The notes under the pieces are model-generated. The model did no database searches and was not told where the DNA came from. It worked only from the letters and a program-made list of their open reading frames with translations. DNA of 64,000 bases from contig QZJN01000007.1 in assembly GCA_003599335.1 (NCBI GenBank), positions 812 through 64,811 on the forward strand, given 5' to 3'. Positions 10,586 through 19,528 of the stretch are shown here, piece after piece. The stretch's first letter is position 1, and each line of letters begins with the position of its first letter. This stretch comes from Candidatus Parcubacteria bacterium. Its GTDB lineage: Bacteria; Patescibacteriota; Minisyncoccia; SURF-38. A program made the translations under genes and the position numbers.

Positions 10586-11560
10586 TTATTCTTTTAACGG
10601 ATGGTATTTTTGATGGGTTTTTTGGGCGTATCTTTGAGAAGGATGCACGTAACGAGTTGTGGTTTCAAGAGATTCGTGGCCCAATAAAATCTGTATAGCA
10701 GCCGGATTTGCTCCTTGTTCTGCCATATAAGTCGCAAATCCATGTCTCAAAGAATGGGCACTGGTTGGAACATTAATGCCAAGAATCTCTCTATATTCTT
10801 TAATTTTTTCCTGTAGATAACTCGCAGAAACATTTCTGTCTTGGGCTTTAAGACCCCGACCTTCATGAGGAATAAAAAGATACTCAAAATCATCTGTCCT
10901 CATTTTTAGATATTCATTCAGATATTTCATGGCTCTTGGCGTTAAGTAAACAAAACGTTCTTTTTTGCCTTTGCCGCGTATAAAAATTTTACCCTCACGA
11001 TCAATCTGTGATTTATTCACGCTCAACAATTCTGAAATTCTCATTCCGGTAGAAAATAAAACTTCAAGCATGGCTCTGTTACGCTTGGCAATAATTGTTT
11101 TTCTTTCAAGTTTAGTGGGGGATTCAACAAGCTTTCTTAAATCTTCAAATTCGGCGATTTTTGGGATTTTCTTTTCGGTTTTTATCAATTTTATATTTTG
11201 AGGACTTACTGGGGTTCGATAATCCGACTCAATCAAATATTTAAGGTAATTACGCAATGAAGAAAGGTGTCTGTTTATGGAAAAGCTTGAAAGACGCTTC
11301 TGACCCTTAGCTCCAGTCGTTGTTTCCCGATCCTGGGACACCAAATAGGCCTTATAAAGCTCGAGGGTTCTCTTGCTAACCATTTTAAAATCTTTTACGC
11401 CGGCGTCTTCAGATAAAAATCTTTCAAAAACTTTGAGATCGCGCTCGTAATTGTATACCGTTTCTGAAGAATAATTGTTTGTTTGAAGACTTAACAAAAA
11501 ATCATCAAGTAGGGGTAGGTTCATATCTTTAATTATAGCCAAACGACTATCTATCGCCAA
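10586..11560 (-). CDS. xerC: tyrosine site-specific recombinase XerC/XerD family
   Basis: HSLRHGFATYMAEQGANPAAIQILLGHESLETTTRYVH catalytic box. An Arg within the FSTGMRISEL patch is also present. Confidence 0.85.
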   Translation of the reverse strand: MAIDSRLAIIKDMNLPLLDDFLLSLQTNNYSSETVYNYERDLKVFERFLSEDAGVKDFKMVSKRTLELYKAYLVSQDRETTTGAKGQKRLSSFSINRHLSSLRNYLKYLIESDYRTPVSPQNIKLIKTEKKIPKIAEFEDLRKLVESPTKLERKTIIAKRNRAMLEVLFSTGMRISELLSVNKSQIDREGKIFIRGKGKKERFVYLTPRAMKYLNEYLKMRTDDFEYLFIPHEGRGLKAQDRNVSASYLQEKIKEYREILGINVPTSAHSLRHGFATYMAEQGANPAAIQILLGHESLETTTRYVHPSQRYAQKTHQKYHPLKE

Positions 11561-11620
11561 GTGTAAGAGATATTATACCAACCAATATCTATATTTAATT
11601 ATCTATCTATTTGCAACTAT

Positions 11621-11649
11621 TTGAGTTATCCCCCGCAATATAGTATAAA
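11621..11649 (+). promoter_or_regulatory. putative sigma70-type promoter (TTGAGT, 17-nt spacer, TATAAA)
   Basis: Hexamers sit in the AT-rich gap between xerC and the downstream small ORF. A strong SD (AGGAGGTG, 11664-11671) follows. Confidence 0.35.
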
Positions 11650-11678
11650 TTATTTAAATTTAAAGGAGGTGTTCCCTG

Positions 11679-12014
11679 ATGTTCCTTCGTAGAATCGGGT
11701 TTTATGGTGTCGTCGACGATACCGAAGTATTGGGCCATTTCGTGATTGTTGACGGTCTAATGCACCTGGTCGGACTAAACCAACAACTCCCCACCGAGAG
11801 ATGTGCGGTGGTTGATCCCAAAAATCGAGAAATTGTCGGCTATTGGGATCCAAAAGAATGGAAGTCAAATTTCTTTGTCCAATCAAAAAGCCAAACCCGC
11901 TACACGCTTTGTCGAATCCTTCCAAGCGTCGAAGAGGTGTCTAAACGTGAAAAACAATTTGACGAAGATTTCCTTCGTTCTCTCAACATAACCCCAAACA
12001 TAGAGCCGGAGTAA
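11679..12014 (+). CDS. hypothetical small protein (111 aa)
   Basis: Strong RBS. GC is locally higher than in the neighbouring genes. No recognisable domain. Confidence 0.4.
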   Translation: MFLRRIGFYGVVDDTEVLGHFVIVDGLMHLVGLNQQLPTERCAVVDPKNREIVGYWDPKEWKSNFFVQSKSQTRYTLCRILPSVEEVSKREKQFDEDFLRSLNITPNIEPE

Positions 12015-12045
12015 AAGCTCGTCTTACTTTGGCTCTATTTGTTTT

Positions 12046-12411
12046 TTAACGAAGATATTCCAGTTCGGGACAATTTTTTGCAGCCCTAAACCCGGCAGCT
12101 TCTGCAGCGGCTAAAGAATCAAATAAAACCTTATTTACCTCGCTCATTGCCAAAGCCCCCGGACAATCGGCTAAGTGGTATATTTTTGAGTTCTTATTAC
12201 CCACTATTTGGACCTGCGATGGAGCCTTTGCTTTAATTTCTGATAATTCCGGCGTTATCACCAAAAGGTCTGTTTTCTTTTGAAACCAAAAATTGACCAA
12301 CCCCCAAACCAATAAAACCGAAAAGAAAACAGCGAAAAATACCAAAACAGACTCTTTATTTTTAAATAGCCAGCTCTTGAATATAAGAAAATTCCGTGTT
12401 ATACTCCACAT
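12046..12411 (-). CDS. membrane-anchored protein with Ada-like metal-binding domain remnant
   Basis: N-terminal TM helix. C-terminus KIYHLADCPG...LFDSLAAAEAAGFRAAKNCPE resembles the Ada N-terminal Zn-binding domain (FYANASEALAAGFRPCKRC), but the four cysteines are not all present. Confidence 0.4.
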   Translation of the reverse strand: MWSITRNFLIFKSWLFKNKESVLVFFAVFFSVLLVWGLVNFWFQKKTDLLVITPELSEIKAKAPSQVQIVGNKNSKIYHLADCPGALAMSEVNKVLFDSLAAAEAAGFRAAKNCPELEYLR

Positions 12412-12461
12412 CGCCTAAAGCTTAATATTTTATATTTAGAGTTTAGCATTTAGCATACATT

Positions 12462-12734
12462 ATGGCACATAGAGCCGCTGCCGGTGCAGCAAAACAAGGA
12501 AGAGATTCTCAGTCAAAACGCCTCGGCGTTAAGCTTTTTGCCGGAGAAAAAGCCAAAAATGGAAATATAATCATCCGACAACGAGGAACAAAATTTCTGC
12601 CTGGCAAAAATGTAAAAATCGGATCAGACCATACCATATATGCAATAAAAGATGGGGTTGTTAAATTTGAAAGTAAAATAAAAAGCAGTTTCGACGGCAA
12701 TTCAAAACCGGTCAAGATTGTTCATGTGATTTAA
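12462..12734 (+). CDS. rpmA: 50S ribosomal protein L27
   Basis: [24 protein letters not shown]...[16 protein letters not shown]. Confidence 0.9.
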   Translation: MAHRAAAGAAKQGRDSQSKRLGVKLFAGEKAKNGNIIIRQRGTKFLPGKNVKIGSDHTIYAIKDGVVKFESKIKSSFDGNSKPVKIVHVI

Positions 12735-13176
12735 GCTCCTGTGCCTGAACAATAAATTTTACTTTAGCCTCCAATCCTTCTCCCAAATTAATAATCGCTT
12801 CATAATCTCCCGGCTCCTTAACTGTCGGGAATTTTATTTTTGATTTTTCAACTTCAAATCCTTTTTCTTTTAAGATTTTAGCAACGTCTTGAGGACCAAA
12901 GCCAGCGTAAGCATGACCCCCCTCCCCCACTCTTATTTTTGCTTCAAACTTAGATTCGCTAAGTTTTCTTTGAATTTCAATAAGATTTTGGTGCTTTATT
13001 TTTTTCTGCTCGTTTTGCCTAACTTGCTCTTTTTGCCACCGATCAACGGCAGATTGAGTTGCAATAAAGGCTAATTTTCTGGGTAATAAAAAATTTCTGG
13101 CGTATCCTTCACTCACGTCTTTTAAATCGCCCTTCTGACCAAGCTTTGAAACATTTTCCAGAAGTATAACCTTCAT
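12712..13176 (-). CDS. rplI: 50S ribosomal protein L9
   Basis: [37 protein letters not shown]-terminal domain. Confidence 0.85.
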   Translation of the reverse strand: MKVILLENVSKLGQKGDLKDVSEGYARNFLLPRKLAFIATQSAVDRWQKEQVRQNEQKKIKHQNLIEIQRKLSESKFEAKIRVGEGGHAYAGFGPQDVAKILKEKGFEVEKSKIKFPTVKEPGDYEAIINLGEGLEAKVKFIVQAQELKSHEQS

Positions 13177-13451
13177 AAAATCTCGAAATTTTTAAACTTA
13201 CCAACAGAAGCCATCCACTCAACGCCAACATCTTCAATGTGAGACCCCCTCGGTCCCCTCATAATATGATCGATCAACTGGCGGAGTTCTTCTTCTTTGG
13301 ATTCGGCAATTATCTTAACGGTTCCATCTATTTCATTTGAAACAACCCCGACAATCCCAAGCTCGTCTGCTTTTTTCTTCACAAAATCTCTGAAAAAAAC
13401 TCCTTGAACAATTCCTTTTATTGTTATGATAGCTCGCCTTGAAACCGACAT
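13173..13451 (-). CDS. acyP: acylphosphatase
   Basis: IKGIVQGVFFRDFV...GVVSNEIDGTV...GPRGSHIEDV. Start taken at the internal Met immediately downstream of the ctpA stop. Confidence 0.75.
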   Translation of the reverse strand: MSVSRRAIITIKGIVQGVFFRDFVKKKADELGIVGVVSNEIDGTVKIIAESKEEELRQLIDHIMRGPRGSHIEDVGVEWMASVGKFKNFEIL

Positions 13452-13455
13452 AAAA

Positions 13456-14694
13456 CTATAACCCCTTAACAATTTCCAAAGCTTTTTCAAGTTGAGGATC
13501 TTTCCCAGCCTCGATGTCTTCGTTTGTAAGCTCAACAGAAATATCTGGCTCAAGACCCTTATTAGAAATCAAATTCTTATTTGGAGTAAGCCAATTGGCG
13601 ATTGTGAGCTTCAAAGAAGTTCCTTCCTTCAGATCAACCAATTCCTGAACAGACCCCTTACCAAAAGTTTTTGTTCCAATAAGTTTAATTCCCCTAATAT
13701 CCCTCAATGCTCCGGCCAAAATTTCCGAAGCCGAAGCCGAACCTTCATTAACAAGAACAACAATCTTAAAATCTATGAGCTGACTATGCCCTTTTGAACG
13801 AAATACATTTTGCTCGCCATTGCCCAAATCCTCAATAACAACCGGTTCGTCCTTGGCAAGGAAAAATGAGGCTATATCAACCGAAGCCTCAAGAAAGCCT
13901 CCGGGGTTATTTCTTAAATCCAAAACAATCTTATCGCTCCCCGAAGCGAGAATCTGAAAAACTATTTTTCTGAATTCAAAAGGCAGCGTCTCTGAAAATT
14001 GGAACAGCTGTACGTGATTAACTCCTTCTTTAAACTCATAATGGGCAACGGGAATATTAATGACGGCCCGTTTTACCTGAATCTCAAGATCTTCAGAAAA
14101 ATCATCCACTCGCCTTATGGTCAGATTAACCGTTGTTCCCCTCGGCCCTCTTATTTTTTTAACAGCCTCCTCAAGAGTGATTCCGGCTGTTGATTGGCCA
14201 TTAATTTTTATAACTTGATCCCCGGGCCTCAAACCGGCATCCGCGGCTGGAGCTCCTTTCAACGGAGCAACGATGGTTAGGGTGCCGTCGCGTATATCAA
14301 TTTCAGCGCCAATGCCCTCAAACGTTCCGCTCACTTCTTCCAAAAACTGTTTTGTGCTTGTGGGAGTAAAGAAATTTGAATAAGGATCGCCAAGAGCTTT
14401 CACCAACCCGTCAACCGCCCCATAAACAAGCATTTGATAATCAAGGCTGTCTCGATCTACATATCTGTTTTCAATCGCCTCAAAAGCATTCCAAAAAAGA
14501 CTAAAGTCAACTTCGGCGGGCTTGCCAAGCTCTTTGTTTGCTATGCCTGTATAAACTATCCTTTCAGGAAAATAATTTCTGGCCGTAAAAAAACCGGCAA
14601 AAAATATTCCGCCAATCGCAATAATAAAAACGACCGTTTTCCAAAGCGGCCTCTGTGTTTTTAACTTATTGCTAAAATCATCAAAATTATCCAT
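13456..14694 (-). CDS. ctpA: carboxyl-terminal processing protease (S41) with PDZ domain
   Basis: N-terminal TM helix, a PDZ domain (GLRPGDQVIKING) and the S41 motif GSASASEILAGALRD. Confidence 0.85.
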   Translation of the reverse strand: MDNFDDFSNKLKTQRPLWKTVVFIIAIGGIFFAGFFTARNYFPERIVYTGIANKELGKPAEVDFSLFWNAFEAIENRYVDRDSLDYQMLVYGAVDGLVKALGDPYSNFFTPTSTKQFLEEVSGTFEGIGAEIDIRDGTLTIVAPLKGAPAADAGLRPGDQVIKINGQSTAGITLEEAVKKIRGPRGTTVNLTIRRVDDFSEDLEIQVKRAVINIPVAHYEFKEGVNHVQLFQFSETLPFEFRKIVFQILASGSDKIVLDLRNNPGGFLEASVDIASFFLAKDEPVVIEDLGNGEQNVFRSKGHSQLIDFKIVVLVNEGSASASEILAGALRDIRGIKLIGTKTFGKGSVQELVDLKEGTSLKLTIANWLTPNKNLISNKGLEPDISVELTNEDIEAGKDPQLEKALEIVKGL

Positions 14695-14760
14695 GGCGCA
14701 GTATTGTTATATCATAAAACCATAATATTTATAAGCCCCTATAAAGCGTTTATAGCCCTT

Positions 14761-15318
14761 TTAAGCACCAGCTTTATAGCTTTGGATCATCTGGTACCTT
14801 GCCCCGCCTCGGCTTAAAAAACTCTCCATTATTTCAAAAGATTTTACAGATATGGTCAAATTCAACGATTCAGATAAAACTTCCTTGGCCTCAAACTCTC
14901 CCCTGCCCATAATTCTTCTGCCAAGAGTAATGTGTGGTTTATAAGGATAATAATCCCTCTTAAAACGGATTCCGGCAAAGTTAAGTTTATTTTCGATTGA
15001 ATCATGAAGTTTCTGAAGTTCTTGAGGTGCTTTGACATGAACCCAAATATAACGTGGGTTTTTGGCTGTTGGGGCTAAGGTTATTTCTTCGAGTCTTATT
15101 TCAAAAGGCTCAATCCCCCTCCACGCTTCTTTTAGACAATCAATAACCTTAAGCAATTGTTCATCCACTAAATACCCAACAAAAACGAGGGTGATATGAA
15201 TGTCGTCTTTTTTTGTCCAACGAAAGGGCATGTCATGCCAGCTGGCGCACAAATCAAAAAGCTTTTCCCGAATCGCTTCTGGAAAATTAATGGCAATAAA
15301 TATCCGATGCTGATTCAT
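14761..15318 (-). CDS. thpR: RNA 2',3'-cyclic phosphodiesterase / 2'-5' RNA ligase (2H family)
   Basis: Two H-x-T-x motifs (HITLVF and HITLGR). Confidence 0.8.
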   Translation of the reverse strand: MNQHRIFIAINFPEAIREKLFDLCASWHDMPFRWTKKDDIHITLVFVGYLVDEQLLKVIDCLKEAWRGIEPFEIRLEEITLAPTAKNPRYIWVHVKAPQELQKLHDSIENKLNFAGIRFKRDYYPYKPHITLGRRIMGRGEFEAKEVLSESLNLTISVKSFEIMESFLSRGGARYQMIQSYKAGA

Positions 15319-15361
15319 TAATTTTTCTTTAACCCTTATTAATTTTTTTATGATTTAGGAT

Positions 15362-15377
15362 GTTAACAATTGTTAAC
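15362..15377. promoter_or_regulatory. perfect 16-bp palindrome GTTAACAATTGTTAAC (copy 1)
   Basis: Exact palindrome read from the sequence. It lies between the stop of the HTH gene and the start of thpR. Confidence 0.5.
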
Positions 15378-15411
15378 ATGCATACTTTAATAAATAAAGA
15401 AAAAACCATGC

Positions 15412-15615
15412 TTAAAGTTTGGGTAGTATAAGAGTTTTAAATCCGGCCTCGCCTCGCACGCGTAATTTCATCGGCAATTTATCCGTTGGGATAATAAATG
15501 ACCTTCCAACCTTATAAGCCGTGATGTCACCTCCTTTTATTTTTTTAAATATAGTTATGCGGCTTAAGCTTAGTGATTTTGCCAAGTCCGCAACAGAAAT
15601 AAAACCCTTATTCAT
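15412..15615 (-). CDS. small excisionase-family / MerR-like HTH DNA-binding protein (67 aa)
   Basis: ISVADLAKSLSLSRITIFKKIKGGDITAYKVGRSFIIPTDKL matches the excisionase-type helix-turn-helix fold. Confidence 0.6.
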   Translation of the reverse strand: MNKGFISVADLAKSLSLSRITIFKKIKGGDITAYKVGRSFIIPTDKLPMKLRVRGEAGFKTLILPKL

Positions 15616-15661
15616 AAATTTGATAGATTTTTACCTCAAAAGATTACCATGAACATCGCAC

Positions 15662-15677
15662 GTTAACAATTGTTAAC
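15662..15677. promoter_or_regulatory. perfect 16-bp palindrome GTTAACAATTGTTAAC (copy 2)
   Basis: Exact palindrome 47 nt upstream of the HTH gene start, also in front of the divergent def/fmt-containing transcription unit. Confidence 0.5.
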
Positions 15678-16041
15678 CTGCTTTAGAAAGGATACCATAA
15701 AAGAGATATTTCTTGATAAACGCCCCAATAATCTGTTTAATAGAATGACAACCAACATGCAGGAAAGCTTCAAAAAGATAAAATCGGTTATTTCTGAAAA
15801 AGACAAAAAATCCGATCAAAAAAAGAAAAAGCCGATAAGAGAGTTCCAGGCTGTTGTCGATGATTTACATGGTCTTTTTGGTTGGAGAAAAAAGCGCCCG
15901 TTTATGTACGCGATTGCTTCAAAAATGAAACGCCCGAGAGATCTTTTTGATCTTGGAAAAAACGAGGTCTTTAACCGAGGCCTTCGTGGAGAAAGGGCAT
16001 ATCGGTATATACTTGGGATACTAAAAATAAAGGGTAAATAA
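15670..16041 (+). CDS. hypothetical small basic protein (start uncertain)
   Basis: ORF directly upstream of def. Lysine-rich with no recognisable motif. Several candidate start codons. Confidence 0.3.
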   Translation: MLTCFRKDTIKEIFLDKRPNNLFNRMTTNMQESFKKIKSVISEKDKKSDQKKKKPIREFQAVVDDLHGLFGWRKKRPFMYAIASKMKRPRDLFDLGKNEVFNRGLRGERAYRYILGILKIKGK

Positions 16042-16042
16042 A

Positions 16043-16543
16043 ATGAGTGAAGTTAAACCAATCGTAAAAAACCCAAATCCTGTTTTAAGACAAAAGGCAA
16101 AACTCGTGCCTCCTAAAAAAATTTCCGAAGAAGAATTTACGGAAATCATAGGAAATATGAAATCAACCCTAAACGCCACTCCAAACGGTATCGGTCTTGC
16201 CGCTCCCCAAATAGGTCATTCTTGGAGAATTTTTATCGTAAAAATACCCGAATATGAAGGCGTATTCATAAACCCAGAAATTATGGATATAGGAAAAAGA
16301 ACAACCCTTCTTGAAGAAGGGTGCCTAAGCGTAACCGATACTTATGGCCCGGTCGCAAGGCCAAAAACAATAAAAATAAAAGCCCTGAACGAACAGGGTC
16401 TTCCTTTTAAAGTTCGCGCTAAAGGATTGCTGGCAAGAGTGATTCAACATGAGATTGATCATCTTGATGGAACTTTATTTATAGATAAAGCCGAAAAAAC
16501 CTATCGGGTTGAACGTCAAAACCAAATCACAGGAAATGAATAA
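16043..16543 (+). CDS. def: peptide deformylase
   Basis: GIGLAAPQIG, EGCLS and HEIDHLDG motifs. Confidence 0.9.
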   Translation: MSEVKPIVKNPNPVLRQKAKLVPPKKISEEEFTEIIGNMKSTLNATPNGIGLAAPQIGHSWRIFIVKIPEYEGVFINPEIMDIGKRTTLLEEGCLSVTDTYGPVARPKTIKIKALNEQGLPFKVRAKGLLARVIQHEIDHLDGTLFIDKAEKTYRVERQNQITGNE

Positions 16544-17495
16544 AACTTACGGAACAATTTTTATGGGGACTTCGGAATTTGCAGTGCCAATTCTTAAAAC
16601 TTTGGCAACTTCTGCATCGCTTAAAAAGGCTCACGTTGAAATTGTTGAAGTTATAACAACTCCCGACACAAAATCAGGCCGCGGTTTAAAACTCACTCCC
16701 CCACCGGTAAAAATCGAGGCAGAAAAGCTTGGTCTTAAAATAATTCAACCCCAAACACTTATAGAAAAAGAATTACCTAAAGCCGATCTGATAATTCTTG
16801 CGGCTTATGGCAAGATTCTCCCATCCTGGCTCATTAAACTCCCAACTAAAGGCGCTCTAAATATTCACCCCTCTTTACTCCCAAAACTAAGGGGCGCAAC
16901 ACCCATTCAAACGGCAATCTTAGAGGGTTGGGAACAAACCGGCGCTAGCCTCTTTGTGATGGATGAAAAAATAGACCACGGTCCCGTTATCGCACAAGTC
17001 AATTGTCCAACCGCAGAAAATGAAACTTACACTTCGCTTGAAAAAAAGTTGGCCGAGCTTGGAGCTAAATTATTGGAAGAAAGCTTGCCAAACTGGCTTG
17101 AAGGTAATATCACAGCGAAAACACAGGATGACTCGCAAGCGACACAAACGAGGTTAATTAAAAAACAAGATGGAAAAATTGATTGGAGCAAGTCAGCTAA
17201 AGAAATTGAAAGACAAATACGAGCCTTTGAACAATGGCCAGGTTCATATTGCGTATGGCGCATGACCGATGACAAAGAGTTAACTTTAAAAATTACAAAA
17301 GCAAATCCCTTATACCAACACATAAAAAGCACGCATGATACTGGGAAAATTATGTATGTAAACGGCAAAATTGGCGTGGTAACGGGAGATGGAATATTAA
17401 TGCTGGAACGGGTCCAACCTGCGGGGAAAAAAGAAATGAGCATTGAAGAATTTGCCCGCGGCCACAAAAACTTTATAAATTCAAGTCTAAACTAA
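16536..17495 (+). CDS. fmt: methionyl-tRNA formyltransferase
   Basis: IHPSLLPKLRGATPIQ formyltransferase core plus a C-terminal domain. Overlaps the def stop. Start taken at the internal Met. Confidence 0.9.
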   Translation: MNKTYGTIFMGTSEFAVPILKTLATSASLKKAHVEIVEVITTPDTKSGRGLKLTPPPVKIEAEKLGLKIIQPQTLIEKELPKADLIILAAYGKILPSWLIKLPTKGALNIHPSLLPKLRGATPIQTAILEGWEQTGASLFVMDEKIDHGPVIAQVNCPTAENETYTSLEKKLAELGAKLLEESLPNWLEGNITAKTQDDSQATQTRLIKKQDGKIDWSKSAKEIERQIRAFEQWPGSYCVWRMTDDKELTLKITKANPLYQHIKSTHDTGKIMYVNGKIGVVTGDGILMLERVQPAGKKEMSIEEFARGHKNFINSSLN

Positions 17496-17496
17496 A

Positions 17497-18111
17497 GTGA
17501 AAAACACAATTAAAGGAGTTGTTTTTGACGTTGGGGGCGTACTGATTAAAGAAACGGATAAACAGATTTATTCAAAAATCAGTAGGGAAATAAACATATC
17601 TCACAACAAATTAGAAGAGATTATCGAAAAAAATCTAAGTCCTATAGAGCGCGGATATTGTTCGATTTTGGATTTTTGGAAAAAAATATGTCGAGATTTA
17701 AGGATTAAAAAACCTTCGCCACAAAAACTTGCTAAGGTTTTTTTATCCCACTACCAACGGAGTGCGAAAATTCAAAAACAAGTTTTAGCGATAACGCTTA
17801 AATTAAAAAGGAATTATAAACTCGGAATAATTTCAAACACAATCAATGAACATGCGGCTATAAATAAAAAACGAGGTTTTTTCAAATATTTCCATGTGGT
17901 AATCCTTTCAAGCAAGGTTGGTCTAATAAAACCCGAGAGAAAAATTTATCAGCTCGCAGCAAAACTACTTCGTTTAAAACCCAAAAACATAATGTTCATA
18001 GACGACCAGTCAAAAAACATTGGACCGGCAAAGAAATTTGGTTTTGATGCAGTCAGGTTTACTTCGGTAAAAAACCTAAAAGCTGCCTTAAGGAAACGTG
18101 GAATTAGCTAA
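17497..18111 (+). CDS. HAD-superfamily hydrolase
   Basis: VVFDVGGVLI motif I, S/T motif II and a late DD motif. Confidence 0.7.
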   Translation: MKNTIKGVVFDVGGVLIKETDKQIYSKISREINISHNKLEEIIEKNLSPIERGYCSILDFWKKICRDLRIKKPSPQKLAKVFLSHYQRSAKIQKQVLAITLKLKRNYKLGIISNTINEHAAINKKRGFFKYFHVVILSSKVGLIKPERKIYQLAAKLLRLKPKNIMFIDDQSKNIGPAKKFGFDAVRFTSVKNLKAALRKRGIS

Positions 18112-18170
18112 AAATTAGAAGTTAATATATATTAACCTGCAAATTTTTACTAAATACCAAATACAAAAAC

Positions 18171-19331
18171 CTATCTACCCTTAATCACCAACAAATTTTT
18201 TCCTCCTTGTAGTAAAGTTTCTTCCGAGCCTGTCCAATCGTGCCAGGCTTTTTCAATTGTTTCATAAGAATACCTCAACCCCTCTCCTCTGATTGTCCCG
18301 GGGTCATTAGTTATAAACTCTTTAGTTGTATCATCGTACCCGGTTACAACAACAGTATGATACGGCGGGCCAGGCTGAACAAAATACGGATTGTTGAGCA
18401 GCTTCCCGGCGGCGGGCAAAATAACTGCATATCCTTTTACAATCGCAAGTTTAATATCTTCAAAATCTGCGTTATTTATAATTTCATAGTTTGAAATTCC
18501 ATAAAATCCTTCAAGCAAGCTTGCAACCTCTTTCATATCGGAATTAACATAATGCCCAAAAACTTTCTCTTCATATACAACCATCTTTAAAAGCTGATCG
18601 TCAATTTCGGCTAAGGGAATGGTTTTTTTTCCTTCAAAATACTTAACAGCCATCAAAATTGTTGCTTCCTCACAAGCCTCTTCATATGGATGGTACCACT
18701 TTGCAAATGGAGCCTGCACGGCAAAAGGAACCGAAATACTATGCCTAGCAGGAAGAACTTGGGCATCTAAAGACGCCTTGGCAACCTGACGCATTAAATT
18801 AATCTTAACCGGCTGCCCAACTTCAAATCCGTATAATTTGCTCAAACCGCCGTTTATCTCAAGGGCGTAGCTTGCGCTTTGAACCGGGACATACGTGGCC
18901 GGAGGCAAAGAAGAATCTTTTTGTGCCGGCAAGTTGTGGGCAATTTCAACAATTTTATCTTCGTTTATAAAAATAATATCAAGGTTTATTTTGGTATCTT
19001 GCATCCAAAAAGAATGCGTTCCCGCAGCTTCAAAGACAAAAAGCATTCCCCTATCGTCTGCTAAAGAGACTTGCCCGGAAAGGCCCTTGCTTCTCGTTTC
19101 TGCAGAACTTGCTACCCAGACATTAAACTTTTTGCCCGAAATTTCAACTTCTCCTTGAGCCAGGCTGGCAAGGTTATCTGTTGCTAAAACAGGCTTCTCG
19201 TTTACAACCTCTGGCGTACCAATCTCAATGGTACGTCCCGTTGAAGTAAAAAACTTCTCGTGGTTGTACACGAGATATAACTCTCCCGCCAAAATTAAAG
19301 CCAAAACGCCTATAAATATATTTCTAACCAT
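18171..19331 (-). CDS. secreted protein with DUF192-like N-domain and C39-like peptidase C-domain
   Basis: N-terminal TM or signal sequence. MLFVFEAAGTHSFWMQDTKINLDIIF resembles DUF192 (COG1430). C-terminal HTVVVTGYDD...ITNDPG resembles Peptidase_C39_2. Confidence 0.45.
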   Translation of the reverse strand: MVRNIFIGVLALILAGELYLVYNHEKFFTSTGRTIEIGTPEVVNEKPVLATDNLASLAQGEVEISGKKFNVWVASSAETRSKGLSGQVSLADDRGMLFVFEAAGTHSFWMQDTKINLDIIFINEDKIVEIAHNLPAQKDSSLPPATYVPVQSASYALEINGGLSKLYGFEVGQPVKINLMRQVAKASLDAQVLPARHSISVPFAVQAPFAKWYHPYEEACEEATILMAVKYFEGKKTIPLAEIDDQLLKMVVYEEKVFGHYVNSDMKEVASLLEGFYGISNYEIINNADFEDIKLAIVKGYAVILPAAGKLLNNPYFVQPGPPYHTVVVTGYDDTTKEFITNDPGTIRGEGLRYSYETIEKAWHDWTGSEETLLQGGKNLLVIKGR

Positions 19332-19528
19332 CTCTAAATATAGTTATAACCCAAATCTTTGGTTATTTGAAGTGGTGGCTACTATGATGGTAAGATATGG
19401 ACGGTTTAAAATTTCCAATTTCTAATTTCCAATAAATAACTCAATTTCTCAATTTTTTAAAAGTGTGAGGCTTAAACCGTTGAAAACCGATTGTAAATTG
19501 AGAACTGAAAATTGTAAATTAGTATTTT

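Noticed and set aside
11660-11700. AAAGGAGGTGTTCC resembles the complement of the 16S rRNA 3' end, suggesting an rRNA gene boundary
   Set aside because: Downstream sequence does not continue as 16S (no CCTACGG...CTTGTTACGACTT on the reverse strand). It is an unusually strong Shine-Dalgarno site sitting 7 nt before an ATG.
19332-19528. SRP (4.5S/ffs) RNA, which is classically found immediately upstream of dnaX
   Set aside because: The conserved domain-IV helix-8 motif (AGGUCAGG...GGAAGCAGCCA-like) is not present on either strand. The region is AT-rich repeats instead.
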